Assembly (NCBI GenBank): GCA_945865885.1
Contig: CAMBEZ010000004.1
Span: forward strand, 22,337-86,336
Source: Owenweeksia hongkongensis DSM 17368
Lineage (GTDB): Bacteria; Bacteroidota; Bacteroidia; Flavobacteriales; Schleiferiaceae
Direction of reading: 5' to 3'
Length of the DNA stretch: 64,000 bases
Both the position numbers and the translations under genes were made by a program. Positions 38,901-46,862 of this stretch are shown piece after piece; the stretch's first letter is position 1; the number at the start of each line of letters is the position of its first letter. The notes beneath the pieces are model-generated. The model saw only the letters and a program-made list of their open reading frames with translations, did not search any database and was not told where the DNA came from.

Positions 38901-41900
38901 CAAGTACCACAAAAACAGCGGTCTCTCCAACAACGGTACCACGTACTACGTGCCTTTGACCAACTTCAGCGGTTTGGTGAAATTGGCGTTTTACATTCAG
39001 AGCACCGTGAGCAGTGCGTCCACGGGAGCCACCAACTACGACATCATGATCGACAATGTTGAAGTTACGAATGCGGTTCCCACATGCCCGTCGCCCACCT
39101 TGTCTTCCACGGCAACACCCACTTCGGTTACCTTGACGTGGTCCAATGCTTTCAGTCAAACCCCAGCAGGTTCCAAATTGATGTGGGGCCCTACTGGATT
39201 CATGAACAGTACCACGGCTACGGCAACAAAGATTTCAGCCACAAGCCCGCACACCGTATCCGGTTTGACGCCCAACACCACGTACGACTTCTTTGTGAAG
39301 GATTCGTGCAGTGCAACCCAAGTTACCTCTTGGGTAGGGCCATTAATCGTCAAGACGCCTTGTTTGACAACTTTGAGCGGCGCGTACACGGTGAATCCAA
39401 CCGGTTCGGGCACAACCAACTTTACGACGTTGGCTTCGGCGGTAGGCGCTCTGAATTCCTGTGGAATTACCGGCCCGGTTACCCTAAATATTGCGTCGGG
39501 AGCCTTTACGGCAGATTTGTACCTGACGGGCATCCCAGGATCAACCCCGTTGAGGAAGGTAACGTTCAACGGTGCACCTAACCTAGCAACCACCATCACC
39601 ACGCCTTTGGGCGGGGGTGCTGTATTCACCTTGGACGGCGCCAAGAACATTTCCATACAGAATTTGCGTTTGGTGAACACTGCGGGAAGCGTCATCCGGT
39701 TTACGAACAATGCGGACTCCAATACAGTTGAGAACAACTTAATCTTGTCCGACACCACGGGAACAGCTGCATCTGCAGCCATTTTCTCAACCGGTGCATT
39801 GACCTCCCCAACATCCCTGGGATCTGAAGTTGACTACATCACCATCAAGAACAACGTAATCAAGGGTGCGTACTACGGCATTGCGTTGAGCGGTGTTTCG
39901 ACAACGGTATTTGACAAAGGCTTTTTGATTGAAGGCAATACTTTGTTGAAGCAGTACTACTACGGCATGCGCTTGTACGGTTTGGAGGACATGGTCATCA
40001 AAAACAACCGTTTTGACCAGTCGCGCATTACGTCGTCGTACGGTATGTACGTATACTACACCCGCAACGTGGACATCGAAGGCAACTTCATGAACGCCCA
40101 GGGGTATGGCTTGTACATGTACTACCCGAACTACCAAATCACCGGTACGATACCTGCGAACCGCATCGTGAACAACATGCTGAAGGGCAATTCGTACGGT
40201 TTTTACGCCTACAGCTTGCGTGATTACAAGTTCTACCACAACACGTGCGTGGGCGGAACCTACGGTTATTATTTGAGCGGTATTGCCACGGCTGGTCAGG
40301 AAATCCGCAACTTGGATACCCGGAACAACATCTTCACCGGCACCACGTATCCGTTCTACCAAGTGACTGCGTTTACAACGGCGCAAAACAGCATTTTGGA
40401 CTACAACGCGTACCAAGCGGGTTCTGCCGGTTTGGCCTACTACGGCGCGGCCCGTGCTACGCTTGCAGCTTTGCAAGCGGCAGCTCCTGGCTTGAATACC
40501 AATTCAGTGGCGGGTAACGTACTCTTCCAAGCAACCAATGATTTTCACATCATCGGTGCATTCCCCAATGATTTGGGCGTTAATGGCTTGGGTGTAAATA
40601 CAGATATCGACGGCCAGGTTCGTCCGGCAGCCGGTTCAACAGCTCCGGACTTGGGAGCCGATGAGTTCACCCCCGTGGTGAACGACGCCAAATTGATTGA
40701 GTTTTTTGGGGTCAACGGCGGCTGCGGAAGCGCAACCACGAACGTCAGTGTGCGTGTGGAAAACTTGGGATTAAACGCCATCACTTCCTTGCCCGTAAAC
40801 GTAACGGTGCAGAACGTTGCCGGCGGAGCTCCCCAAGTAGTAAACACCACCGCCACGGTGAACATTCCTTCCTTGGGCGTGGACACCATTACCGTGGGAA
40901 CCATCAATACGTACAACGGTGGGGTCTTCAATTTCAAAGGCTACACCAGCCTACTGAACGACGGCCGCGCCAGCAACGACACGGTGGTGAAAAATGGCGT
41001 GAACTTTATTCCGTTTGAGCCTTTGGTGAGCGCAATTCCGGATACTATTTGTCAAGGTCAGGATTCTATTGTGCTCTCGGCTATTGGTTACCCAGGCACA
41101 ACCTACGGTTGGTACGACACCATTGCAGGCGGTACATTACTGGCTACGGGTAATTCCGCAAAGCTTCCCACAACGCAGAACACGTACTACGTAGAGTTTG
41201 CATCGGTTCAAGCATTGGCGTCGGTGGGTGCGGGTACAACTGTTTCTGCCTCAACATTGATCACTCCGTACAAGACGTTCTACATGGACGGCCGTGTGCA
41301 GTATTTGGTGTTGGCGTCTGAAATGGCTGCAGCGGGTGCCAACCCGGGCAACGTAAACTCAGTTTCGTTTAACGTCTCCGTGCCGGCGGCACAAGCTATG
41401 ACGGACTTCACCATCAAGATGGGAGGAACTTCGGTATCCGCAATGACGGCTTACCTTCCCAATACTGGTTTCACCACGGTCTACACGAATTCCGCGTATA
41501 CCGCCACGGCCGGTTGGAACGTGCACACGTTCACCACGCCTTTCTTGTGGAACGGTTCGGACAACGTTGTGGTTGAAGTTTGTTTTAACAACGCCAGCTA
41601 CACTTCCAATACGTCGGTATTGTACCACACGACTACTTTTGCTTCTGCGTTTGACGGTTATTCGGATTTGGCTACTGCGGGCGGTTGTACGCCAGGAGCG
41701 GTGACGATTTCATCGGCCCAATCCAACCGTCCGAACATGCAGTTCAACGTGACCTCTGCAGCCTGTTCGCCCATCCGTAAGCCGGTGTCTTTTGTGTACA
41801 ACCCAGACGTTGCCAACGCAGTATACAGCTCTACGCAAACCACTCCCGGTACATTCAGCTTCAGTGCTGCTGGATCCAACGGAGATACTTATACGTGGTA

Positions 41901-42318
41901 CTTCCCCGGCGGCATTGTTGCTACGGGTGCAACGGCTACACAATCGTTCCCTGCTCCCGGCGGACCCAAGTCCGTTGTGCTTGTGGTTATGGACAGCACG
42001 TGTTTGACGGTGGATTCTGCAACGTTCACGGTGAACAGCACCATCGGTTTGGACGAGAACACGTTGGGCCAAAACGTTTATGCGTTCCCGAACCCGTCCA
42101 ACGGTCAGGTAGCCATCGTTTTGGAAGGCAACGAAGCCTTCCATGGCCGTATGGAAATCATCAACGCGTTGGGTCAAATTGTTGTTGCTCGCTCGGTGGA
42201 AACCGCGGCTGGCCGCAACGAGTTCCCCATGGATTTGCGCCACTTGGCCAAAGGAGTCTACACGGTTCGTGTGGCCTCTGAAGTAGGGCAGCGTCAGATT
42301 CGCTTGGTGTTGCAGTAA
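35968..42318 (+). CDS. Giant (2116 aa) multidomain T9SS-secreted surface protein: parallel beta-helix repeats, two FN3-like modules, choice-of-anchor-J-like domain, PKD-like domain, T9SS C-terminal sorting domain
   Basis: Signal peptide MKKTLLSLVASMLGTMALAQ. Two long N/T/G-rich beta-helix repeat blocks. FN3-like CPPPF...YSIFVRGTC (about 38235-38450) and CPSPT...YDFFVKDSC (about 39083-39312). T9SS tail NVYAFPNPSNGQV...GVYTVRV...IRLVLQ. Confidence 0.9.
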   Translation: MKKTLLSLVASMLGTMALAQVTITTMPATTPNNGSSVITFEINANQPIFVTGMTNVFSAALGTSGPVEIWYRLGGVLPAGQTTPSITTANGWVLFKSATATSAGNAVAATIPFGSDMLALPASTPIGVCVNATGTLSTRYMSWVTGTQSTFTDGSVSVNTMPNGFGGTLTGWIASRAFCGSITYIPQAACSGIPTPGSATPSSTAVCPNQNFNLTLTGAALAGGLTYQWQTASTSAGPWTNIAGATAGAATVSQTVDTWYRCEITCTNGGGVAQSLPVQVTTLPNLAAGTYTVGPTGTYPNLTAAFAAASCGVAGPVVFNVQPFSGPYTEQIILGAIPGMSATNTITVNGNNNTLQFKSNNTNERAVLKLNGTDFLTVKNLNIRAIGQLTTQFGFGVQLMNGANNNTFKNCFFQATDSVTSTNYSGFVCSNTATSATGGGLAASNLLVDSCTIIGGYYGITLGGASGTKVGLPSNNILRNSTVRDFYLYGIYTSGQSNLIVRNNDVNRATRAGAQSTLYGIYMIGRQLGTRIESNRIHDPHGTNTAGTYSQYAVYASSASGANGQPLVIANNAVYNFLTVGGIRGGFYLFTMDSARIFHNTVNFDNANATGISAVYGLYHSGTPNDLQVRNNIFSISDASTGVKYMLYLATSGAGIISNNNIFNFTNAGGTTNHIGYSNAAAVTSLSSWQSGSGQDALSLTLDPLFIGASTGDLTPQSAGSNNAGANLLTVVPTDILGTARSATPDPGAFEYTPAGCPPPFMVQTSNVSSTSLSLSWSGTNSGFEVEYGPVGFLPGLGTTVTSATTSTQLTGLTPYTQYSIFVRGTCVSQSLPPSLWTGPTSALTAIAPNWLEDFTNGYDPLANPGKPVGWSELNGLLANPTVVVTNTSAWLEDGWLNSGTTGAIRNQVPNTSTNTFGYTITPSINLGTAPNNYLVKFDMALLAANGTTSAVMGNDDSVMVLISTNNGQTWLRSNALAKYHKNSGLSNNGTTYYVPLTNFSGLVKLAFYIQSTVSSASTGATNYDIMIDNVEVTNAVPTCPSPTLSSTATPTSVTLTWSNAFSQTPAGSKLMWGPTGFMNSTTATATKISATSPHTVSGLTPNTTYDFFVKDSCSATQVTSWVGPLIVKTPCLTTLSGAYTVNPTGSGTTNFTTLASAVGALNSCGITGPVTLNIASGAFTADLYLTGIPGSTPLRKVTFNGAPNLATTITTPLGGGAVFTLDGAKNISIQNLRLVNTAGSVIRFTNNADSNTVENNLILSDTTGTAASAAIFSTGALTSPTSLGSEVDYITIKNNVIKGAYYGIALSGVSTTVFDKGFLIEGNTLLKQYYYGMRLYGLEDMVIKNNRFDQSRITSSYGMYVYYTRNVDIEGNFMNAQGYGLYMYYPNYQITGTIPANRIVNNMLKGNSYGFYAYSLRDYKFYHNTCVGGTYGYYLSGIATAGQEIRNLDTRNNIFTGTTYPFYQVTAFTTAQNSILDYNAYQAGSAGLAYYGAARATLAALQAAAPGLNTNSVAGNVLFQATNDFHIIGAFPNDLGVNGLGVNTDIDGQVRPAAGSTAPDLGADEFTPVVNDAKLIEFFGVNGGCGSATTNVSVRVENLGLNAITSLPVNVTVQNVAGGAPQVVNTTATVNIPSLGVDTITVGTINTYNGGVFNFKGYTSLLNDGRASNDTVVKNGVNFIPFEPLVSAIPDTICQGQDSIVLSAIGYPGTTYGWYDTIAGGTLLATGNSAKLPTTQNTYYVEFASVQALASVGAGTTVSASTLITPYKTFYMDGRVQYLVLASEMAAAGANPGNVNSVSFNVSVPAAQAMTDFTIKMGGTSVSAMTAYLPNTGFTTVYTNSAYTATAGWNVHTFTTPFLWNGSDNVVVEVCFNNASYTSNTSVLYHTTTFASAFDGYSDLATAGGCTPGAVTISSAQSNRPNMQFNVTSAACSPIRKPVSFVYNPDVANAVYSSTQTTPGTFSFSAAGSNGDTYTWYFPGGIVATGATATQSFPAPGGPKSVVLVVMDSTCLTVDSATFTVNSTIGLDENTLGQNVYAFPNPSNGQVAIVLEGNEAFHGRMEIINALGQIVVARSVETAAGRNEFPMDLRHLAKGVYTVRVASEVGQRQIRLVLQ

Positions 42319-42341
42319 ACAGTTCCCTTCGGGGTTTTAGA

Positions 42342-42370
42342 GGGCCGTCCCGCAGGGGACGGCCCTTTTT
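42342..42370 (+). terminator. Rho-independent terminator
   Basis: GGGCCGTCCC-GCAG-GGGACGGCCC followed by TTTTT. Confidence 0.75.
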
Positions 42371-42449
42371 GTTTACGGGGCAGGTGCTTGTGAACGTTTC
42401 TCAGCATAAGGAGGCACTCCACCTTATCTTTAACAATATATTCTATAGT

Positions 42450-43028
42450 ATGGCCCTTACCCCCGAACTGGAAGCGCGCGCCGCAGGCGCGTGCGAACTC
42501 TGCACCGCATCCGAACCTTTACAAGGCGTCAATTTGGAACAATTGGAGGGCACTGCAGAAGAGATTTCGGTAGCCGTTTGCGGAACCTGCGCCAAGCAGT
42601 TGCTGCGCAAGGATCCTTTGGATCCGGCGCACTGGCAGGCCCTGGGCACCACCATGTGGTCAGAGCACCAGCCCGTGAAAATTGCCGCATGGAGGATGTT
42701 GCAGCGGCTCAAGGACCACACTTGGGCGGTGGACGCATTGGAAATGCTTTACTTGGACGACGCAGAAACCGCGCTCGCTAAACTTTCCGGGGACCACACC
42801 CGCTCCGCGGAGGTGGAATTCCACCAAGACGCCAACGGACACCGTTTGGAACACGGGGACACCGTTGTGCTGATCAAATCCTTGGACGTAAAAGGAAGTT
42901 CTCTGACGGCCAAAATGGGCACCGTGGTGCGCAACATCCGTTTGGACGCCAACAACGCCAATTACATTGAGGGACGCGTGGAAGGGCAACAAATAGTCAT
43001 CCTAACCCAGTACGTGCGCAAAGGTTGA
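42450..43028 (+). CDS. phnA: PhnA domain protein
   Basis: N-terminal CELC...CGTC zinc-ribbon-like pairs. C-terminal GDTVVLIKSLDVKGSSLTAKMGTVVRNIRL...IEGRVEGQQIVILTQYVRK. Confidence 0.85.
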   Translation: MALTPELEARAAGACELCTASEPLQGVNLEQLEGTAEEISVAVCGTCAKQLLRKDPLDPAHWQALGTTMWSEHQPVKIAAWRMLQRLKDHTWAVDALEMLYLDDAETALAKLSGDHTRSAEVEFHQDANGHRLEHGDTVVLIKSLDVKGSSLTAKMGTVVRNIRLDANNANYIEGRVEGQQIVILTQYVRKG

Positions 43029-43147
43029 ATCGGCCTTGTTGTTCCAGGAGCACTACTTGATCCCAACAAAGACCTTCGGGCGGACGGATTTTTTGAAGCA
43101 AACCGAGTTCCGATTGAACCAAATAGGGGTTGGGTTGTTTTTGTTGT

Positions 43148-43432
43148 GTGGCCCCTGATTTCAACTCCTTTACCGTTCTGCAAAAAGACCGCATCATCCA
43201 AATGGCGTGGGAAGACCGCACGCCCTTTGATGCCTTGCGCCTTCAGTTTGGTTTGACGCCCGGCGAAGTAGTTGATTTCATGCGGGCGAACAGTTTGCCC
43301 AGCAGTTTTCGCATGTGGCGCAAACGCATGCACGGCCGCAGCACCAAACACGCCAAACGCCGGGATCCGGAGATCAGTCGGTTCAAATGCTCCCGTCAGC
43401 GGGATACCGGCAACCGGATCGCCAAGCGTTAG
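43148..43432 (+). CDS. TIGR03643/DUF2805 family protein
   Basis: DRIIQMAWEDRTPFDALRLQFGL...FRMWRKRMHGRSTKH. The start is uncertain; I chose GTG at 43148. Confidence 0.7.
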   Translation: MAPDFNSFTVLQKDRIIQMAWEDRTPFDALRLQFGLTPGEVVDFMRANSLPSSFRMWRKRMHGRSTKHAKRRDPEISRFKCSRQRDTGNRIAKR

Positions 43433-43433
43433 G

Positions 43434-43622
43434 CGCATCGTTCTTTACCCGGACGGACCGCTACGTTCGCTGCGCTCTTCAGGATTACGCTCTATTCACC
43501 GAAAATCCCTCATTCGCTTACTGGCGGAATTGGAAGACGACGGCTACATCGCCCGGGTGGGCAAACGGTTCCAAATCAAAGACCCGCACGGTTTGGCGGA
43601 AATGGCGCGTTTGGAAGATTGA
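43434..43622 (+). pseudogene. Relic of a Crp/Fnr-family regulator (C-terminal HTH only)
   Basis: SIHRKSLIRLLAELEDDGYIARVGKRFQIKDPHGLAEMA resembles the Crp/Fnr wHTH recognition region. No start codon and no cNMP-binding domain lie upstream in frame. Confidence 0.4.
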
Positions 43623-43648
43623 CCTCCGACCGGTGCAACCCAAGGAAT

Positions 43649-45925
43649 CTACTTCTGCGATTTCCGGGACTTGAATGCCTCAAATTGGTACTGCACCTTC
43701 GCAAAAACGGACCGATCCCAGGGCGTTAACGACGCACCCGTATAGATCAACGTAAATGGCGAAGGTTGGTATTGAACGAGCGGCTGAACCGTCCAACCTT
43801 TTCCAAAATCATCGTACTGCAGCACCACGCGGGAGGACCACGCCTTGGAAATGCCCCAGTGCACCACCGACCGCGCCACATACCCCCGGTAGATCAACGA
43901 ACCGGAGCCGTCCCGCTCGCGCATTTGGGCGTGGTTGATGCCCAGCGTCCAGCGAATTTTTCCGGCCAACTGAAACTGAGCAGAAAATCCACCGTTCCGC
44001 TCGTCTCCGGCGCGCACAAAATCCGCGTTGCGCGTGAGGCCTTGGCCAAAATCCGTGCGGTAACTCAGCATCAGCCACTGCCGCGGGTTGTAGGATACCG
44101 ATCCCCACGTGTAGGGCATCCAACGAAAAGTGGACCCTTTGAATTCCTCCATAAAGCGGTAGTAGTGCCCCAAAGACAAATTGATGGATCCTGCCAATTG
44201 CATCCAACTGTCTGCCATCCAGCCGGTTTGCTTGGTTTTTCCACCCACCGTTTGTTCGCCAAAGACCTCGTAGTAAACTCCGTAGTTTTTGATCCACTTC
44301 CCGTTGGGAAAGGCACGAATGTTGCCCCCCACTTCGGCCCGACGTCGGTCTACACTGGGGCGGAAGCCCATCTCCGCGCGAAAATCACGCCCCACGTGCG
44401 ACGTCATGGCGCGCAGCATCCAGCGCTCGGTAACTTTTTGCACCTCCAGGGTGCCGAAGTAGCCCATGAATTGTTCGCCGTCCAGTGCCTTGGTGCGGTT
44501 GCCAAACATTCCGGCTTGGTTGCTGATCCAAGGCGCATTCGGCTCCTGCGTTAAAGACAACGCCCCTTCGCCAAATAGGCGCACCGTTGGACTCAACCGG
44601 GCGTTGAAATCGGTGCCCAGCAGAGATCCAGAACCGCCGGCGTCGTACTGACGGTGGGTGCCCATCAACCCCGCGAATTGCGCCTTTTCAAACGGTTTTG
44701 TGGTACGGAAAATGCCAAACGTGTTGCCGGTGGCCCGACCCAAATAGCTGTTGTCCTCCCCCGGCACCAAATACGGCGACGAACGGTCGTATCCCGCCAG
44801 GGCGTAGGCACGGATGTCCCGCCCCTGGTGTACGGCCTTGGTGACCAATAGGGGGTCCGCCACGGTCCGCGAGTAAATCAAGTTTCCACGGGTCGCGAGC
44901 AAGTCGGCCCCTTCGTTGAAAAACGGACGACGTTCGGGGTAAAACAAGGCGTACGAACTGTTGACGCCAATTTGGAGGGCGTCGGACTCCACCTGCGAAA
45001 AGTCCGGGTTGTAGACCCCTTCTACCACCGTTTCCGAGCCAAATCCCGCTAAAAAGCTGCCGCCCACCTTGCCCAACGCCGCACCCGTTGCCAGGGGAGG
45101 GTCCACCAATCCGCCCAGGGCATAGGGCAGCACTTGAAATTTGCGCGGTTGTTTCAAACCGTCCATCAATAAGGCATCGTCGTACTGGCAATCGCTGCAC
45201 ACGTTGTTGCGGTCAATGGGATAACTGTTGACCGTGTGGTTCTGCGCGCCTACCCATAAATTTCGGAACAGCGCAAATTTCCAGACCTGCGTTTTCCCCG
45301 AAGGAAACGGCAGGGAAGAGAAGGGGATGCGCAACTCAACCGAATACGCGGTATCCGTCCGCACCGCTGCCGCATCGTAGAGCAGGTCGTAGCTGACGTC
45401 GAAGTTGTTGTTGAGGTCTGCCGGATTGTTCTTGCGCAAATCCAGCTGAATTCCATAGGCATTCGCACCCAAAAAGAGCATGTTCCGCGTGTCCGCATAC
45501 GGATCCAAGGCGATGCCCACAAAGTCGTCCTCAAACGCTTCGTCGCGGCGGGTGGTGTTGGCCCGCAGTCCTTCAGCGGGGATTTGGGAACGAATGAAAA
45601 CGTACAGGGCATCCGCATCCCGGGCAATCCAGCCCACCGTTTGTACGGGGGCCAAAACGTTGGTTCCCGGTTGGTGTTCTGTGTTGATGTCCACGCGTAT
45701 TCCGCTTGCGTAGACCGATGCATCCCGCAGTCCATCCACCACCGGCCGTGCTCCAACCGCAAGCGCGTGAATAGCCACACCGGAGGTAGACAACTTTTGA
45801 ACCAAGGGGCTTGTGGCGTTGTTTTGCGCCCAAGCCGGAACGGCAATCAACGTCAGCCCCAAAAAGCTCAGCAGTTGGGGCTTAAGGGCAGCAAGGAATC
45901 GGTACAACAAGCTTTTGAGGTTCAC
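43649..45925 (-). CDS. CBM9-like/DUF5916 family outer-membrane-associated protein
   Basis: Signal peptide after the GTG at 45925 (LSFLGLTLIAVPAWAQ). PVVDGLRD...ALYVFIRSQ...FEDDFVGIALDPYADTRN pattern. C-terminal half rich in beta-barrel-like residues. The family call is from memory. Confidence 0.6.
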   Translation of the reverse strand: MNLKSLLYRFLAALKPQLLSFLGLTLIAVPAWAQNNATSPLVQKLSTSGVAIHALAVGARPVVDGLRDASVYASGIRVDINTEHQPGTNVLAPVQTVGWIARDADALYVFIRSQIPAEGLRANTTRRDEAFEDDFVGIALDPYADTRNMLFLGANAYGIQLDLRKNNPADLNNNFDVSYDLLYDAAAVRTDTAYSVELRIPFSSLPFPSGKTQVWKFALFRNLWVGAQNHTVNSYPIDRNNVCSDCQYDDALLMDGLKQPRKFQVLPYALGGLVDPPLATGAALGKVGGSFLAGFGSETVVEGVYNPDFSQVESDALQIGVNSSYALFYPERRPFFNEGADLLATRGNLIYSRTVADPLLVTKAVHQGRDIRAYALAGYDRSSPYLVPGEDNSYLGRATGNTFGIFRTTKPFEKAQFAGLMGTHRQYDAGGSGSLLGTDFNARLSPTVRLFGEGALSLTQEPNAPWISNQAGMFGNRTKALDGEQFMGYFGTLEVQKVTERWMLRAMTSHVGRDFRAEMGFRPSVDRRRAEVGGNIRAFPNGKWIKNYGVYYEVFGEQTVGGKTKQTGWMADSWMQLAGSINLSLGHYYRFMEEFKGSTFRWMPYTWGSVSYNPRQWLMLSYRTDFGQGLTRNADFVRAGDERNGGFSAQFQLAGKIRWTLGINHAQMRERDGSGSLIYRGYVARSVVHWGISKAWSSRVVLQYDDFGKGWTVQPLVQYQPSPFTLIYTGASLTPWDRSVFAKVQYQFEAFKSRKSQK

Positions 45926-45980
45926 GTGCGTGAATTTTGCGCGTGCAAAGATGCACCATCGGATCCGTACCTTCGTCATC

Positions 45981-46769
45981 ATGGGGTATACGCTGATTAC
46001 GGGTTCGTCCAGAGGCATTGGTGCCGATTGGGCGGTTGAGGCGGCGAAAGCCGGACAGGAGTTGGTTTTGGTGGTTCGGCGCGAGGCGGATGCCGTCGCC
46101 ACGCTGGAGCGCATTCAACCCTGGGCGTCCGGCGCTCAGCCCGTGGTGCTCACCGCAGACCTGGGCCAACCGGAGTCCTTAGCGGCGCTCATCCACCAAC
46201 TGGACACCTTGCACATGGCGGGCAAAAGTCCTGATCGCGTGGTGAACAACGCCGGTTTTGGCGACTACGCCGCACTGCACCAAGCGGATCCTGCCGTTCT
46301 CCGGAATATGGTGGAAGTCAATGTTCAAGCCCTCATGCACCTGTCCCACTGGGCCGCAAATCGCTTGGAATCCGGCGGGCGTTTGATCAACGTTGCCTCC
46401 ACCGCAGCCTTCCAGGCCGGCCCGGGCATGGCGGCCTACTACGCCTCCAAGGCATTTGTTTTGTCCTTTTCCGAGGCTTTGGCCACGGAGCTCAAACCGC
46501 GCAACATCTCCGTCACGGCGGTGTGTCCCGGTCCCACGCGCACGGCATTCTTTGACCGCGCGGGATTGGAAAAGTCCCGCCTCGTGTCCCAAGGCCTGAT
46601 GCCCCTGATGGATGCGCCCACGGCCGTTCGTTACGCCTTCCAACGAGCAGAGAAACGCAAGTTTTACGCCATTCCCGGGTTCATGAATCGCTTGGGCACG
46701 GTATTGCCCCGTTTGACGGGCCGACGGTTCGCTGCGGCCACGGTGGGTTGGTTGCAACGCCCACACTAA
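45981..46769 (+). CDS. SDR family oxidoreductase
   Basis: TGSSRGIG, NNAG, YYASK catalytic motif. ATG at 45981. Confidence 0.85.
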   Translation: MGYTLITGSSRGIGADWAVEAAKAGQELVLVVRREADAVATLERIQPWASGAQPVVLTADLGQPESLAALIHQLDTLHMAGKSPDRVVNNAGFGDYAALHQADPAVLRNMVEVNVQALMHLSHWAANRLESGGRLINVASTAAFQAGPGMAAYYASKAFVLSFSEALATELKPRNISVTAVCPGPTRTAFFDRAGLEKSRLVSQGLMPLMDAPTAVRYAFQRAEKRKFYAIPGFMNRLGTVLPRLTGRRFAAATVGWLQRPH

Positions 46770-46796
46770 AAGAAACGACCCCGGGGGTACAAAAAC

Positions 46797-46828
46797 AAAG
46801 GGCTGCCTCGGAACGAGGCAGCCCTTTG
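46797..46828. terminator. Bidirectional rho-independent terminator
   Basis: AAAGGGCTGCCTCG-GAA-CGAGGCAGCCCTTT lies between the convergent SDR and TonB-dependent receptor genes. Confidence 0.75.
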
Positions 46829-46862
46829 TGCGTTGGGGGCCGCGCGCGGCCACCCACAAAAA

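Noticed and set aside
35968-42318. Lower GC of the giant gene as evidence of horizontal transfer.
   Set aside because: Spot counts of 60-nt lines gave about 45-57% GC, against about 65% in a cytoplasmic neighbour. A TonB-dependent receptor gene gave a similarly low value (about 48%). The dip therefore probably reflects the Asn/Thr/Tyr-rich composition of surface proteins. A proper windowed GC and codon analysis is needed.
43272-43622. 116-aa ORF treated as a real CDS overlapping the DUF2805 gene.
   Set aside because: Its first 54 codons are an out-of-frame read of the well-supported DUF2805 gene. Only the last 60 codons or so look protein-like (a Crp HTH relic), and they lack a start codon.
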